The notes under the pieces are model-generated. The model searched no databases, had not been told where the DNA came from, and saw only the letters and a list, made by a program, of their open reading frames with translations. This document shows, in pieces, positions 62,758 to 64,000 of a DNA stretch of 64,000 nucleotides (position 1 is its first letter; the number at the start of each line of letters is the position of its first letter). Both the position numbers and the translations under genes were made by a program. The stretch covers positions 12,065 through 76,064 of the forward strand of contig JBMOPF010000085.1 in assembly GCA_049325075.1 (NCBI GenBank), given 5' to 3'. Origin of the DNA: Bacillota bacterium. Lineage in GTDB: Bacteria; Bacillota; Desulfotomaculia; Desulfotomaculales; Desulfocucumaceae.

Positions 62758-62790
62758 AAAAAAAGAACTCCCACTTGTATAAGTGGGAGT
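62758..62790 (-). terminator. intrinsic terminator of the PK_C-like gene
   Basis: ACTCCCACTT-gtat-AAGTGGGAGT. On the minus strand it is followed by CTTTTTTT. Confidence 0.75.
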
Positions 62791-62808
62791 CTTGGAAATA
62801 AGATAAAT

Positions 62809-63354
62809 TTAAAAATTGGAGGGCTTGCAGATAATCTCCCTGACCTTGGTGTCAAAAAAGTGATTTGAGTGGGCCGGCAGTATCACGGCGGCGGTATCGG
62901 CGCCCCTTCCGGTGCCGCCGATGGCGATTATATCCCTGCCGTGGGGTATCAGCCCGGCGTCAAGGGCCATGGACGATATTTCAACGCAGACCTTCAGCCC
63001 CTGACCCAACATCCTCAGTGTCTGGGCTATTATTTCCGCCGGATACACTCCGCCGAACTTGTTACGGAGCGCCCGGTCCACACCGGCCAGAAGGTGGGTG
63101 GTGGTAAGCACCTTTATATTGGAATCTTCCAGCTTTCTCCTGGTTGCGGCGTCCATTTCGTCGCTGCCGGGACCTCCAAAGCCCACATGGTGTGTGACGC
63201 AGACTACCTCAAAGGGGCTTCCGATAAATTTTTCGGCAGTAAAGCCGCTGCAGGACGCCACCACAATATGGCCTATGGAAAGTTCGGAGGCCCTTTGAAG
63301 GGCAATTTTTACAGTTTCATCGGTGTTGGACGCACCCATTTTATCAAAGTACAC
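62809..63354 (-). CDS. pyruvate kinase C-terminal (alpha/beta) domain-like protein
   Basis: 181 aa. 'TDETVKIALQRASELSIGHIVVASCSG' and 'AIGGTGRGADTA'. The family is from memory. Confidence 0.5.
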   Translation of the reverse strand: MYFDKMGASNTDETVKIALQRASELSIGHIVVASCSGFTAEKFIGSPFEVVCVTHHVGFGGPGSDEMDAATRRKLEDSNIKVLTTTHLLAGVDRALRNKFGGVYPAEIIAQTLRMLGQGLKVCVEISSMALDAGLIPHGRDIIAIGGTGRGADTAAVILPAHSNHFFDTKVREIICKPSNF

Positions 63355-63414
63355 GCCATCTGCCTCCCTTTTATATTATAAAGCCCCGCCGCATATGGGC
63401 GAGGCTTTATGTTC

Positions 63415-63489
63415 TGGTGGACGAGAGGGGATTCGAACCCCCGACCCCTGCGTTGCGAACGCAGTGCTCTCCCGCTGAGCTACACGCCC
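63415..63489 (-). tRNA. tRNA-Ala (anticodon CGC)
   Basis: The reverse complement folds as GGGCGTG-TA-GCTC/AGCGGGA/GAGC-A-CTGCG/TTCGCAA/CGCAG-GGGTC-GGGGG/TTCGAAT/CCCCT-CTCGTCC-A-CCA. It has the G3:U70 Ala identity pair, an encoded CCA and one U6-U67 mismatch. Confidence 0.9.
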
Positions 63490-63728
63490 GTTTTATGGAT
63501 ACACCGCGAAAATTATAATAACATAAAGACGCCATTTAATCAAGGCCGTCCGGCTTTAAAGGCGGGCGGCAATTGAGGTGGCGGGGCGGCGTGGAAGCAG
63601 CCCCCTGCATACCGGGGCAGGACTGGTTACTTTGCTGCAATCCGTTGTGTTTGCTCAATAATCTGATTACTTTTAACCTGAAAAAGGGTAAAATTATTTT
63701 ATGGAAGACTTATTAAGGGGGTGGGCCG

Positions 63729-64000
63729 GTGTTCTGGCAGATGAACCCAATTCGGATGGTCAATGAGACCGATGCCCGAAAGAGGGTCAACAGGCTGAGG
63801 AAAGCAAGGCCGGAAATGACTGAGAGGCAGCTTTGCCGGATAATAATCAAAAAAAAGACCGGCTGGTGCGCGTTAAGCGGAATAGTGACCGCCCTTCCGG
63901 GAATTATACCCGGTCCTGGAACCCTTATCTCGCTGTTTGGCGGGACCTTCCTTGACATAGCGGCCCTGTCCTATATTTTGTCCGAGATGGTCATGGAAAT
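63729..64000 (+). CDS. hypothetical membrane-associated protein, N-terminal fragment (possibly EcsC-like), running off the window
   Basis: Open frame to the window end. GTG 63729 after GGGGGTGG, or ATG 63741. Peptide '...MNPIRMVNETDARKRVNRLRKARPEMTERQLCRIIIKKKTGWCALSGIVTALPGIIPGPGTLISLFGGTFLDIAALSYIL'. The minus-strand track ORF 63713..63958 looks like its shadow. Confidence 0.5.
   Translation, partial: MFWQMNPIRMVNETDARKRVNRLRKARPEMTERQLCRIIIKKKTGWCALSGIVTALPGIIPGPGTLISLFGGTFLDIAALSYILSEMVME

Noticed and set aside
63520-63650. GC-rich stretch upstream of the tRNA and the last gene, considered as a possible ncRNA
   Set aside because: Only short imperfect hairpins could be drawn and no recognisable motif was found. 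The evidence is insufficient to call a feature.
63713-63958. 81-aa minus-strand ORF at the window end
   Set aside because: The plus strand carries an open frame with an RBS and a membrane-protein-like sequence that continues off the window. The minus-strand ORF looks like its shadow.
1-64000. Search for mobile elements, prophage, a defence island or toxin-antitoxin modules
   Set aside because: No transposase, integrase, recombinase, restriction/modification, Cas or abortive-infection-like domains were recognisable in any frame. The only compositionally odd patch is the small 47.7-48.8 kb islet, which is reported separately.

Overview
This 64-kb window looks like core chromosome from a moderate-GC, endospore-forming anaerobic Firmicute of class Clostridia. 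The gene content resembles syntrophic fatty-acid oxidisers (Syntrophomonadaceae or Peptococcaceae-like), but that placement is inference only. I can support about 60 protein genes, one tRNA-Ala(CGC) and one cobalamin riboswitch. I saw no rRNA, CRISPR array, transposase, integrase or recognisable defence genes.

Gene blocks, in order:
- 0-2 kb: phospholipid genes psd-pssA.
- 4.5-7.4 kb: a tightly coupled preQ0 (7-deazaguanine) operon, queD-queC-DUF366-queE-folE.
- 7.5-12.5 kb: ypmA-like gene, surE, spoVB and an EF-G paralog.
- 12.7-17.8 kb, minus strand: an operon of thiolase, acyl-CoA dehydrogenase, corrinoid adenosyltransferase and a two-subunit B12 acyl-CoA mutase. The mutase active-site residues match isobutyryl-CoA mutase rather than methylmalonyl-CoA mutase.
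- 19.4-22.6 kb: a split BadF/BcrA-type activase with two DUF2229 genes.
- 22.9-26.6 kb: DUF3786, nudF, an orphan minC and glgA.
- 27.4-34.7 kb: a complete second butyrate beta-oxidation set, bcd-etfB-etfA, a soluble HdrD-like FeS protein, then thl-hbd-crt.
- 35-50.7 kb: a compatible-solute and glucan region with malQ-treZ-GH57-treY-treT, ablA-ablB and a GH15 enzyme.
- 50.9-55.2 kb: a [FeFe]-hydrogenase, a tungsten-type aldehyde:ferredoxin oxidoreductase and a MoaD-like gene.
- 55.3-60.1 kb: a LarA-like plus DUF815 ATPase pair, and FapA.
- 60.2-63.5 kb: fni, B12-riboswitch-cobT, a PK_C-like gene and the tRNA.

The least explained signals are non-coding:
- A ~110-nt element is present twice (12.5 kb and 26.9 kb).
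- A loose family of heptanucleotide-periodic tandem repeats sits in at least four intergenic spacers.
- A 63-nt tandem repeat carries an internal inverted repeat.
- Three hairpin/terminator elements share one 5' arm inside a 0.9-kb gene-free AT-rich spacer.
- Several small ORFs fall below the track threshold, including a SpoVM-like 21-codon ORF.
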